This document shows, one piece after another, positions 9,887 through 21,393 of a stretch of 64,000 nt of DNA (its first letter is position 1; each line of letters starts with the position of its first letter). Origin of the DNA: Eledone cirrhosa. Its lineage: Eukaryota. The DNA lies in NCBI GenBank assembly GCA_964016885.1, contig OZ024743.1, positions 80,228,001 to 80,292,000 on the forward strand, in the 5' to 3' direction. Under the pieces are notes generated by a model that worked only from the letters and a program-made list of their open reading frames with translations, was not told the DNA's origin and did not search any database. The translations under genes were made by a program, and so were the position numbers.

Positions 9887-12800
9887 ATAGTACTTGTCTT
9901 TGTATTTGGTGTAGAGGTTGTAGTTGTTGTTGTTGTCACTGTAGAGGTTGTAGTTGTTGTTGTTGTCCCTGTAGTTGGTGTAGAGGTTGTAGTAGTTGTT
10001 GTTGTCACTGTAGTTGGTGTAGAGGTTGTAGTAGTTGTTGATGTCACTGTAGTTGGTGTAGAGGTTGTAGTAGTAGTTGTTGTAACTGTAGTTGGTGTAG
10101 AGGTTGTAGTAGTAGTTGTTGTCACTGTAGTTGGTGTAGAGGTTGTAGTAGTTGTTGTTGTCACTGTAGTTGGTGTAGAGGTTGTAGTAGTAGTTGTTGT
10201 CACTGTAGTTGGTGTAGAGGTAGTAGTAGTTGTTGTCACTGTAGTTGGTGTAGAGGTTGTAGTAGTAGTTGTCACTGTAGTTAGTGTAGAGGTTGTAGTA
10301 GTTGTTGTTGTCACTGTAGTTGGTGTAGAGGTTGTAGTAGTAGTTGTTGTCACTGTAGTTGGTGTAGAGGTTGTAGTAGTAGTTGTTGTCACTGTAGTTG
10401 GTGTAGAGGTTGTAGTAGTAGTTGTTGTCACTGTAGTTGAGGTAGAGGTTGTAGTAGATGTTGTTGTTGTCACTGTAGTTGGTGTAGAGGTTGTAGTAGT
10501 AGTAGTCGTTGTCACTGTAGTTGGTGTAGAGGTTGTAGTAGTAGTTGTTGTCGCTGTAGTTGGTGTAGAGGTTGTAGTAGTTGTTGTTGTCACTGTAGTT
10601 GGTGTAGAGGTTGTAGTAGTAGTTGTTGTCACTGTAGTTGGTGTAGAGGTTGTAGTAGTAGTTGTTGTCACTGTAGTTGGTGTAGAGGTTGTAGTAGTAG
10701 TTGTTGTCACTGTAGTTGGTGTAGAGGTTGTAGTAGTAGTTGTTGTCACTGTAGTTGAGGTAGAGGTTGTAGTAGTTGTTGTTGTTGTCACTGTAGTTGG
10801 TGTAGATGTTGTAGTAGTTGTTGTTGTCACTGTAGTTGGTGTAGAGGTTGTAGTAGTTGTTGTCACTGTAGTTGGTGTAGAGGTTGTACTAGTAGTTGTT
10901 GTCACTGTAGTTGGTGTAGAGGTAGTAGTTGCTGTTGTTGTCACTGTAGTTGGTGTAGAGGTTGTAGTAGTAGTAGTTGTTGTCACTGTAGTTGAGGTAG
11001 AGGTTGTAGTAGTTGTTGTTGTTGTCACTGTAGTTGGTGTAGATGTTGTAGTAGTTGTTGTTGTCACTGTAGTTGGTGTAGAGGTTGTAGTAGTAGTAGT
11101 TGTTGTCACTGTAGTTGGTGTAGAGGTTGTAGTAGTTGTTGTCACTGTAGTTGGTGTAGAGGTTGTAGTAGTAGTTGTTGTCACTGTAGTTGGTGTAGAG
11201 GTTGTAGTAGTAGTAGTTGTTGTCACTGTAGTTGGTGTAGAGGTTGTAGTAGTAGTTGTTGTTGTCACTGTAGTTGGTGTAGAGGTTGTAGTAGTAGTTT
11301 TTGTCACTGTAGTTGGTGTAGAGGTTGTAGTAGTAGTTGTTGTCACTGTAGTTGGTGTAGAGGTTGTAGTAGTTGTTGTTGTCACTGTAGTTGGTGTAGA
11401 GGTTGTAGTAGTAGTTGTTGTCACTGTAGTTGGTGTAGAGGTTGTAGTTGTTGTTGTTGTCACTGTAGTTGGTGTAGAGGTTGTAGTAGTAGTTGTTGTC
11501 ACTGTAGTTGGTGTAGAGGTTGTAGTAGTAGTTGTTGTCACTGTAGTTGGTGTAGAGGTTGTAGTAGTAGTTGTTGTCACTGTAGTTGGTGTAGAGGTTG
11601 TAGTTGTTGTTGTTGTCACTGTAGTTGGTGTAGAGGTTGTAGTAGTAGTTGTTGTCACTGTAGTTGGTGTAGAGGTTGTAGTAGTAGTTGTTGTCACTGT
11701 AGTTGGTGTAGAGGTTGTAGTAGTTGTTGTTGTCACTGTAGTTGGTGTAGAGGTTGTAGTAGTTGTTGTTGTCACCGTAGTTGGTGTAGAGGTTGTAGTA
11801 GTAGTTGTTGTTGGCACTGTAGTTGGTGTAGAGGTTGTAGTAGTAGTTGTTGTTGTCACTGTAGTTGGTGTGGAGGTTGTAGTAGTTGTTGTTGTCACTG
11901 TAGTTGGTGTAGAGGTTGTAGTAGTAGTTGTTGTCACTGTAGTTGGTGTAGAGGTTGTAGTAGTAGTTGTTGTCACTGTAGTTGGTGTAGAGGTTGTAGT
12001 AGTTGTTGTTGTTGTCACTGTAGTTGGTGTAGAGGTTGTACTAGTTGTTGTTGTCACTGTAGTTGGTGTAGAGGTTGTAGTAGTTGTTGTTGTTGTCACT
12101 GTAGTTGGTGTAGAGGTTGTAGTAGTTGTTGTCACTGTAGTTGGTGTAGAGGTTGTAGTAGTTGTTGTTGTCACTGTAGTTGGTGTAGAGGTAGTAGTAG
12201 TAGTTGTTGTCCCTGTAGTTGGTGTAGAGGTTGTAGTAGTAGTTGTTGTCACTGTAGTTGGTGTAGAGGTTGTAGTAGTAGTTGTTGTCACTGTAGTTGG
12301 TGTAGAGGTTGTAGTAGTAGTTGTTGTCATTGTAGTTGGTGTAGAGGTTGTAGTAGTTGTTGTTGTCACTGTAGTTGGTGTAGAGGTTGTAGTAGTAGTT
12401 GTTGTTGTCACTGTAGTTTGTGTAGAGGTTGTAGTAGTTGTTGTTGTCACTGTAGTTGGTGTAGAAGTTGTAGTAGTAGTTGTTGTTGTCACTGTAGTTG
12501 GTGTAGAGGTTGTAGTAGTTGTTGTTGTCACTGTAGTTGGTGTAGAGGTTGTAGTAGTTGTTGTTGTCACTGTAGTTGGTGTAGAGGTTGTAGTAGTAGT
12601 TGTTGTTGTCACTGTAGTTGGTGTAGAGGTTGTAGTAGTTGTTGTCACTGTAGTTGGTGTAGAGGTTGTAGTAGTTGTTGTTGTCACTGTAGTTGGTGTA
12701 GAGGTTGTAGTAGTAGTTGTTGTCACTGTAGTTGGTGTAGAGGTTGTAGTAGTTGTTGTTGTCACTGTAGTTGGTGTAGAGGTTGTAGTAGTAGTAGTTG

Positions 12801-15800
12801 TTGTCACTGTAGTTGGTGTAGAGGTTGTAGTAGTTGTTGTCACTGTAGTTGGTGTAGAGGTTGTAGTAGTAGTTGTTGTCACTGTAGTTGGTGTAGAGGT
12901 TGTAGTAGTAGTAGTTGTTGTCACTGTAGTTGGTGTAGAGGTTGTAGTAGTAGTTGTTGTTGTCACTGTAGTTGGTGTAGAGGTTGTAGTAGTAGTTGTT
13001 GTCACTGTAGTTGGTGTAGAGGTTGTAGTAGTAGTTGTTGTCACTGTAGTTGGTGTAGAGGTTGTAGTAGTTGTTGTTGTCACTGTAGTTGGTGTAGAGG
13101 TTGTAGTAGTAGTTGTTGTCACTGTAGTTGGTGTAGAGGTTGTAGTTGTTGTTGTTGTCACTGTAGTTGGTGTAGAGGTTGTAGTAGTAGTTGTTGTCAC
13201 TGTAGTTGGTGTAGAGGTTGTAGTAGTAGTTGTTGTCACTGTAGTTGGTGTAGAGGTTGTAGTTGTTGTTGTTGTCACCGTAGTTGGTGTAGAGGTTGTA
13301 GTAGTAGTTGTTGTCACTGTAGTTGGTGTAGAGGTTGTAGTAGTAGTTATTGTCACTGTAGTTGGTGTAGAGGTTGTAGTAGTTGTTGTTGTCACTGTAG
13401 TTGGTGTAGAGGTTGTAGTAGTTGTTGTTGTCACCGTAGTTGGTGTAGAGGTTGTAGTAGTAGTTGTTGTTGTCACTGTAGTTGGTGTAGAGGTTGTAGT
13501 AGTAGTTGTTGTTGTCACTGTAGTTGGTGTAGAGGTTGTAGTAGTTGTTGTTGTCACTGTAGTTGGTGTAGAGGTTGTAGTAGTAGTTGTTGTCACTGTA
13601 GTTGGTGTAGAGGTTGTAGTAGTACTTGTTGTCACTGTAGTTGGTGTAGAGGTTGTAGTAGTTGTTGTTGTTGTCACTGTAGTTGGTGTAGAGGTTGTAG
13701 TAGTTGTTGTTGTCACTGTAGTTGGTGTAGAGGTTGTAGTAGTTGTTGTTGTTGTCACTGTAGTTGGTGTAGAGGTTGTAGTAGTGGTTGTTGTCACTGT
13801 AGTTGGTGTAGAGGTTGTAGTAGTTGTTGTTGTCACTGTAGTTGGTGTAGAGGTTGTAGTAGTAGTTGTTGTTGTCACTGTAGTTGGTGTAGAGGTTGTA
13901 GTAGTTGTTGTCACTGTAGTTGGTGTAGAGGTTGTAGTAGTTGTTGTTGTCACTGTAGTTGGTGTAGAGGTAGTAGTAGTAGTTGTTGTCCCTGTAGTTG
14001 GTGTAGAGGTTGTAGTAGTAGTTGTTGTCACTGTAGTTGGTGTAGAGGTTGTAGTAGTAGTTGTTGTCACTGTAGTTGGTGTAGAGGTTGTAGTAGTAGT
14101 TGTTGTCACTGTAGTTGGTGTAGAGGTTGTAGTAGTTGTTGTTGTCACTGTAGTTGGTGTAGAGGTTGTAGTAGTAGTTGTTGTTGTCACTGTAGTTGGT
14201 TTAGAGGTTGTAGTAGTTGTTGTTGTCACTGTAGTTGGTGTAGAAGTTGTAGTAGTAGTTGTTGTTGTCACTGTAGTTGGTGTAGAGGTTGTAGTATTAG
14301 TTGTTGTCACTGTTGTTGGTGTAGAGGTTGTAGTAGTAGTTGTTGTCACTGTAGTTGGTGTAGAGGTTGTAGTTGTTGTTGTCACTGTAGTTGGTGTAGA
14401 GGTTGTAGTAGTAGTTGTTGTCACTGTAGTTGGTGTAGAGGTCGTAGTAGTAGTTGTTGTCACTGTAGTTGGTGTAGAGGTAGTAGTAGTTGTTGTTGTC
14501 ACTGTAGTTGGTGTAGAGTTAGTAGTTGCTGTTGTTGTCACTGTAGTTGGTGTAGAGGTTGTAGTAGTTGTTGTTGTCACTGTAGTTGGTGTAGAGTTAG
14601 TAGTTGCTGTTGTTGTCACTGTAGTTGGTGTAGAGGTTGTAGTAGTTGTTGTTGTCACTGTAGTTGGTGTAGAGTTAGTAGTAGTTGTTGTTGTCACTGT
14701 AGTTGGTGTAGAGGGTGTAGTAGTTGTTGTCATTGTAGTTGGTGTAGAGTTAGTAGTTGCTGTTGTTGTCACTGTAGTTGGTGTAGAGGTTGTAGTTGTT
14801 GTTGTTGTCACTGTAGTTGGTCTAGAGGTTGTAGTTGTTGTTGTTGTCACTGTAGTTGGTGTAGAGGTTGTAGTTGCTGTTGTTGTCACTGTAGTTGGTG
14901 TAGAGGTTGTAGTTGTTGTTGTTGTCACTGTAGTTGGTGTAGAGGATGTAGTAGTAGTTGTTGTTGTCACTGTAGTTGGTGTAGAGTTAGTAGTTGATGT
15001 TGTTGTCACTGTAGTTGGTGTAGAGGTAGTAGTAGTAGTTGTTGTTGTCACTGTAGTTGGTGTAGAGTTAGTAGTTGCTGTTGTTGTCAATGTAGTTGGT
15101 GTAGAGGTTGTAGTAGTTGTTGTTGTCACTGTAGTTGGTGTAGAGTTAGTAGTAGTTGTTGTTGTCACTGTAGTTGGTGTAGAGTTAGTAGTAGTTGTTG
15201 TCACTGTAGTTGGTGTAGAGGTTGTAGCAGTAGATGTTGTCACTGTAGTTGGTGTAGAGGTTGTAGTAGTTGTTGTTGTCATTGTAGTTGGTGTAGAGTT
15301 AGTAGTTGCTGTTGTTGTCACTGTAGTTGGTGTAGAGGTTGTAGTAGTTGTTGTTGTCACTGTAGTTGGTGTAGAGTTAGTAGTTATTCTTGTTGTCACT
15401 GTAGTTGGTGTAGAGTTAGTAGTTGCTGTTGTTGTCACTGTAGTTGGTGTAGAGGTTGTAGTAGTAGTAGTTGTTGTCACTGTAGTTGGTGTAGAGTTAG
15501 TAGTTGCTGTTGTTGTCACTGTAGTTGGTGTAGAGGTTGTAGTAGTAGTAGTTGTTGCCACTGTAGTTGGTGTAGAGTTAGTAGTAGTTGTTGTTGTCAC
15601 TGTAGTTGGTGTAGAGTTAGTAGTAGTTGTTGTTGTCACTGTAGTTGGTGTAGAGTTAGTAGTTGCTGTTGTTGTCACTGTAGTTGGTGTAGAGGTTGTA
15701 GTAGTAGTTGTTGTTGTCACTGTAGTTGGTGTAGAGGTTGTAGTAGTTGTTGTTGTCACTGTAGTTGGTGTAGAGGTTGTAGTAGTAGTTGTTGTCACTG

Positions 15801-18800
15801 TAGTTGGTGTAGAGGTTGTAGTAGTACTTGTTGTCACTGTAGTTGGTGTAGAGGTTGTAGTAGTTGTTGTTGTTGTCACTGTAGTTGGTGTAGAGGTTGT
15901 AGTAGTTGTTGTTGTCACTGTAGTTGGTGTAGAGGTTGTAGTAGTTGTTGTTGTTGTCACTGTAGTTGGTGTAGAGGTTGTAGTAGTGGTTGTTGTCACT
16001 GTAGTTGGTGTAGAGGTTGTAGTAGTTGTTGTTGTCACTGTAGTTGGTGTAGAGGTTGTAGTAGTAGTTGTTGTTGTCACTGTAGTTGGTGTAGAGGTTG
16101 TAGTAGTTGTTGTCACTGTAGTTGGTGTAGAGGTTGTAGTAGTTGTTGTTGTCACTGTAGTTGGTGTAGAGGTAGTAGTAGTAGTTGTTGTCCCTGTAGT
16201 TGGTGTAGAGGTTGTAGTAGTAGTTGTTGTCACTGTAGTTGGTGTAGAGGTTGTAGTAGTAGTTGTTGTCACTGTAGTTGGTGTAGAGGTTGTAGTAGTA
16301 GTTGTTGTCACTGTAGTTGGTGTAGAGGTTGTAGTAGTTGTTGTTGTCACTGTAGTTGGTGTAGAGGTTGTAGTAGTAGTTGTTGTTGTCACTGTAGTTG
16401 GTTTAGAGGTTGTAGTAGTTGTTGTTGTCACTGTAGTTGGTGTAGAAGTTGTAGTAGTAGTTGTTGTTGTCACTGTAGTTGGTGTAGAGGTTGTAGTAGT
16501 TGTTGTTGTCACTGTAGTTGGTGTAGAGGTAGTAGTAGTAGTTGTTGTCCCTGTGGTTGGTGTAGAGGTAGTAGTAGTAGTAGTTGTTGTCCCTGTAGTT
16601 GGTGTAGAGGTTGTAGTATTAGTTGTTGTCACTGTTGTTGGTGTAGAGGTTGTAGTAGTAGTTGTTGTCACTGTAGTTGGTGTAGAGGTTGTAGTTGTTG
16701 TTGTCACTGTAGTTGGTGTAGAGGTTGTAGTAGTAGTTGTTGTCACTGTAGTTGGTGTAGAGGTCGTAGTAGTAGTTGTTGTCACTGTAGTTGGTGTAGA
16801 GGTAGTAGTAGTTGTTGTTGTCACTGTAGTTGGTGTAGAGTTAGTAGTTGCTGTTGTTGTCACTGTAGTTGGTGTAGAGGTTGTAGTAGTTGTTGTTGTC
16901 ACTGTAGTTGGTGTAGAGTTAGTAGTTGCTGTTGTTGTCACTGTAGTTGGTGTAGAGGTTGTAGTAGTTGTTGTTGTCACTGTAGTTGGTGTAGAGTTAG
17001 TAGTAGTTGTTGTTGTCACTGTAGTTGGTGTAGAGGGTGTAGTAGTTGTTGTCATTGTAGTTGGTGTAGAGGGTGTAGTAGTTGTTGTCATTGTAGTTGG
17101 TGTAGAGTTAGTAGTTGCTGTTGTTGTCACTGTAGTTGGTGTAGAGGTTGTAGTTGTTGTTGTTGTCACTGTAGTTGGTCTAGAGGTTGTAGTTGTTGTT
17201 GTTGTCACTGTAGTTGGTGTAGAGGTTGTAGTTGCTGTTGTTGTCACTGTAGTTGGTGTAGAGGTTGTAGTTGTTGTTGTTGTCACTGTAGTTGGTGTAG
17301 AGGATGTAGTAGTAGTTGTTGTTGTCACTGTAGTTGGTGTAGAGTTAGTAGTTGATGTTGTTGTCACTGTAGTTGGTGTAGAGGTAGTAGTAGTAGTTGT
17401 TGTTGTCACTGTAGTTGGTGTAGAGTTAGTAGTTGCTGTTGTTGTCAATGTAGTTGGTGTAGAGGTTGTAGTAGTTGTTGTTGTCACTGTAGTTGGTGTA
17501 GAGTTAGTAGTAGTTGTTGTTGTCACTGTAGTTGGTGTAGAGTTAGTAGTAGTTGTTGTCACTGTAGTTGGTGTAGAGGTTGTAGCAGTAGATGTTGTCA
17601 CTGTAGTTGGTGTAGAGGTTGTAGTAGTTGTTGTTGTCATTGTAGTTGGTGTAGAGTTAGTAGTTGCTGTTGTTGTCACTGTAGTTGGTGTAGAGGTTGT
17701 AGTAGTTGTTGTTGTCACTGTAGTTGGTGTAGAGTTAGTAGTTATTGTTGTTGTCACTGTAGTTGGTGTAGAGGGTGTAGTAGTTGTTGTCGCTGTAGTT
17801 GGTGTAGAGTTAGTAGTTGCTGTTGTTGTCACTGTAGTTGGTGTAGAGGTTGTAGTAGTAGTAGTTGTTGTCACTGTAGTTGGTGTAGAGTTAGTAGTTG
17901 CTGTTGTTGTCACTGTAGTTGGTGTAGAGGTTGTAGTAGTAGTAGTTGTTGCCACTGTAGTTGGTGTAGAGTTAGTAGTAGTTGTTGTTGTCACTGTAGT
18001 TGGTGTAGAGTTAGTAGTAGTTGTTGTTGTCACTGTAGTTGGTGTAGAGTTAGTAGTTGCTGTTGTTGTCACTGTAGTTGGTGTAGAGTTAGTAGTTGCT
18101 GTTGTTGTCACTGTAGTTGGTGTAGAGGATGTAGTAGTAGTTGTTGTTGTCACTGTAGTTGGTGTAGAGGTTGTAGTAGTAGTTGTTGTTGTCACTGTAG
18201 TTGGTGTAGAGGTTGTAGTAGTAGTTGTTGTCACTGTAGTTGGTGCAGAGGTTGTAGTAGTTGTTGTTGTTCTCACTGTAGTTGGTGTAGAGGTTGTAGT
18301 AGTTGTTGTTGTGACTGTAGTTGGTGTAGAGGTTGTAGTAGTTGTTGTTGTTGTCACTGTAGTTGGTGTAGAGGTTGTAGTAGTAGTTGTTGTCACTGTA
18401 GTTGGTGTAGAGGATGTAGTAGTAGTTGTTGTTGTCACTGTAGTTGGTGTAGAGGATGTAGTAGTAGTTGTTGTTGTCACTGTAGTTGGTGTAGAGGTTG
18501 TAGTAGTAGTTGTTGTCACTGTAGTTGGTGTAGAGGTTGTAGTTGTTGTTGTTGTCCCTGTAGTTGGTGTAGAGGTTGTAGTAGTAGTTGTTGTTGTCAC
18601 TGTAGTTGGTGTAGAGGTAGTAGTAGTTGTTGTCACTGTAGTTGGTGTAGAGGTTGTAGTAGTTGTTGTTGTCACTGTAGTTGGTGTAGAGGTTGTAGTA
18701 GTAGTTGTTGTTGTTACTGTAGTTGGTGTAGAGGTTGTAGTAGTAGTTGTTGTCACTGTAGTTGGTGTAGAGGTAGTAGTAGTTGTTGTCACTGTAGTTG

Positions 18801-21393
18801 GTGTAGAGGTTGTAGTAGTAGTTGTTGTTGTTACTGTAGTTGGTGTAGAGGTTGTAGTAGTAGTTGTTGTCACTGTAGTTGGTGTAGAGGTAGTAGTAGT
18901 TGTTGTCATTGTAGTTGGTGTAGAGGTTGTAGTAGTTGTTGTTGTTGTCACTGTAGTTGGTGTAGAGGTTGTAGTTGTTGTTGTTGTCACTGTAGTTGGT
19001 GTAGGGGTTGTAGTTGTAGTTGTTGTCACTGTAGTTGGTGTAGAGGTTGTAGTAGTAGTTGTTGTCACTGTAGTTGGTGTAGAGGTTGTAGTAGTAGTTG
19101 TTGTCACTGTAGTTGGTGTAGAGGTTGTAGTAGTAGTTGTTGTTGTTACTGTAGTTGGTGTAGAGGTTGTAGTAGTAGTTGTTGTCACTGTAGTTGGTGT
19201 AGAGGTTGTAGTAGTAGTTGTTGTTGTTACTGTAGTTGGTGTAGAGGTTGTAGTTGTAGTTGTTGTCACTGTAGTTGGTGTAGAGGTTTTAGTTGTAGTT
19301 GTTGTCACTGTAGTTGGTGTAGAGGTTGTAGTAGTAGTTGTTGTTGTTACTGTAGTTGGTGTAGAGGTTGTAGTAGTAGTTGTTGTCACTGTAGTTGCTG
19401 TAGAGGTTGTAGTAGTTGTTGTTGTCACTGTAGTTGGTGTAGAGGTTGTAGTAGTAGTTGTTGTCACTGTAGTTGGTGTAGAGGTTGTAGTTGTAGTTGT
19501 TGTCACTCTAGTTGGTGTAGAGGTTGTAGTAGTTGTTGTTGTCACTGTAGTTGGTGTAGAGGATGTAGTAGTAGTTGTTGTTGTCACTGTAGTTGGTGTA
19601 GAGAGTGTAGTAGTAGTTGTTGTCATTGTAGTTGGTGTAGAGGTTGTAGTAGTTGTTGTTGTCACTGTAGTTGGTGTAGAGTTAGTAGTTATTGTTGTTG
19701 TCACTGTAGTTGGTGTAGAGGGTGTAGTAGTTGTTGTCACTGTAGTTGGTGTAGAGTTAGTAGTTGCTGTTGTTGTCACTGTAGTTGGTGTAGAGGTTGT
19801 AGTAGTAGTAGTTGTTGTCACTGTAGTTGGTGTAGAGTTAGTAGTTGCTGTTGTTGTCACTGTAGTTGGTGTAGAGGTTGTAGTAGTAGTAGTTGTTGCC
19901 ACTGTAGTTGGTGTAGAGTTAGTAGTAGTTGTTGTTGTCACTGTAGTTGGTGTAGAGTTAGTAGTAGTTGTTGTTGTCACTGTAGTTGGTGTAGAGTTAG
20001 TAGTTGCTGTTGTTGTCACTGTAGTTGGTGTAGAGTTAGTAGTTGCTGTTGTTGTCACTGTAGTTGGTGTAGAGGATGTAGTAGTAGTTGTTGTTGTCAC
20101 TGTAGTTGGTGTAGAGGTTGTAGTAGTAGTTGTTGTTGTCACTGTAGTTGGTGTAGAGGTTGTAGTAGTAGTTGTTGTCACTGTAGTTGGTGCAGAGGTT
20201 GTAGTAGTTGTTGTTGTTCTCACTGTAGTTGGTGTAGAGGTTGTAGTAGTTGTTTTTGTGACTGTAGTTGGTGTAGAGGTTGTAGTAGTTGTTGTTGTTG
20301 TCACTGTAGTTGGTGTAGAGGTTGTAGTAGTAGTTGTTGTCACTGTAGTTGGTGTAGAGGATGTAGTAGTAGTTGTTGTTGTCACTGTAGTTGGTGTAGA
20401 GAGTGTAGTAGTAGTTGTTGTCATTGTAGTTGGTGTAGAGGTTGTAGTAGTTGTTGTTGTCACTGTAGTTGGTGTAGAGGTTGTAGTAGTAGTTGTTGTC
20501 ACTGTAGTTGGTGTAGATTTTGTAGTAGTAGTTGTTGTCACTGTAGTTGGTGTAGAGGTTGTAGTTGTTGTTGTTGTCACTGTAGTTGGTATAGAGGTAG
20601 TAGTAGTTGTTGTCACTGTAGTTGGTGTAGAGATTGTAGTAGTAGTTGTTGTCACTGTAGTTGGTGTAGAGGTTGTAGTAGTTGTTGTTTTTGTCACTGT
20701 AGTTGGTGTAGAGGTAGTAGTAGTAGTTGTTGTCACTGTAGTTGTTGTAGAGGTTGTAGTAGTAGTTGTTGTCACTGTAGCTGGTGTAGAGGTTGTAGTA
20801 GTAGTTATTGTCACTGTAGTTGGTGTAGAGTTTGAGGTAGTAGTTGTTGTCACTGTAGTTGGTGTAGAGGTTGTAGTAGTAGTTGTTGTCCCTGTAGTTG
20901 GTATAGAGGTTTTAGTAGTTGTTGTTGTCACTGTAGTTGGTGTAGAGGTAGTAGTAGTAGTTGTTGTCACTGTAGTTGTTGTAGAGGTTGTTGTAGTAGT
21001 TGTTGTCACTGTAGTTGGTGTAGAGGTTGTAGTAGTTGTTGTTGTTGTCACTGTAGTTGGTGTAGAGGTTGTAGTAGTAGTTGTTGTCACTGTAGTTGGT
21101 GTAGAGGTTGTAGTAGTAGTTGTTGTCACTGTAGTTGGTGTAGAGGTTGTAGTTGTTGTTGTTGTTACTGTAGTTGGTGTAGAGGTTGTAGTTGCTGTTG
21201 TTGTCACTGTAGTTGGTGTACAGGTTGTAGTTGTTGTTGTTGTCACTGTAGTTGGTGTAGAGGTTGTAGTAGTTGTTGTTGTCACTGTAGTTGGTGTAGA
21301 GGTTGTAGTAGTAGTTGTTGTCACTGTAGTTGGTGTAGAGGTTGTAGTTGTTGTTGTTGTCACAGTAGTTGGTGTAGAGGTTGTAGTAGTAGT
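9367..21393 (-). CDS. Same-frame continuation of the mucin-like repeat downstream of the TAA, ending poly-T..SYKVFS*
   Basis: Same frame as the upstream ORF and the same unit for ~4,000 codons, with TGA at 9367-9369. Coding only if the TAA is an error, an allele, or is bypassed. Confidence 0.4.
9387..9890. repeat. ~500-bp trinucleotide microsatellite (GTA)n/(TAC)n with GTG variants
   Basis: Directly visible; in frame with the adjoining array as minus-strand poly-Thr (ACT/ACC). Confidence 0.97.
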
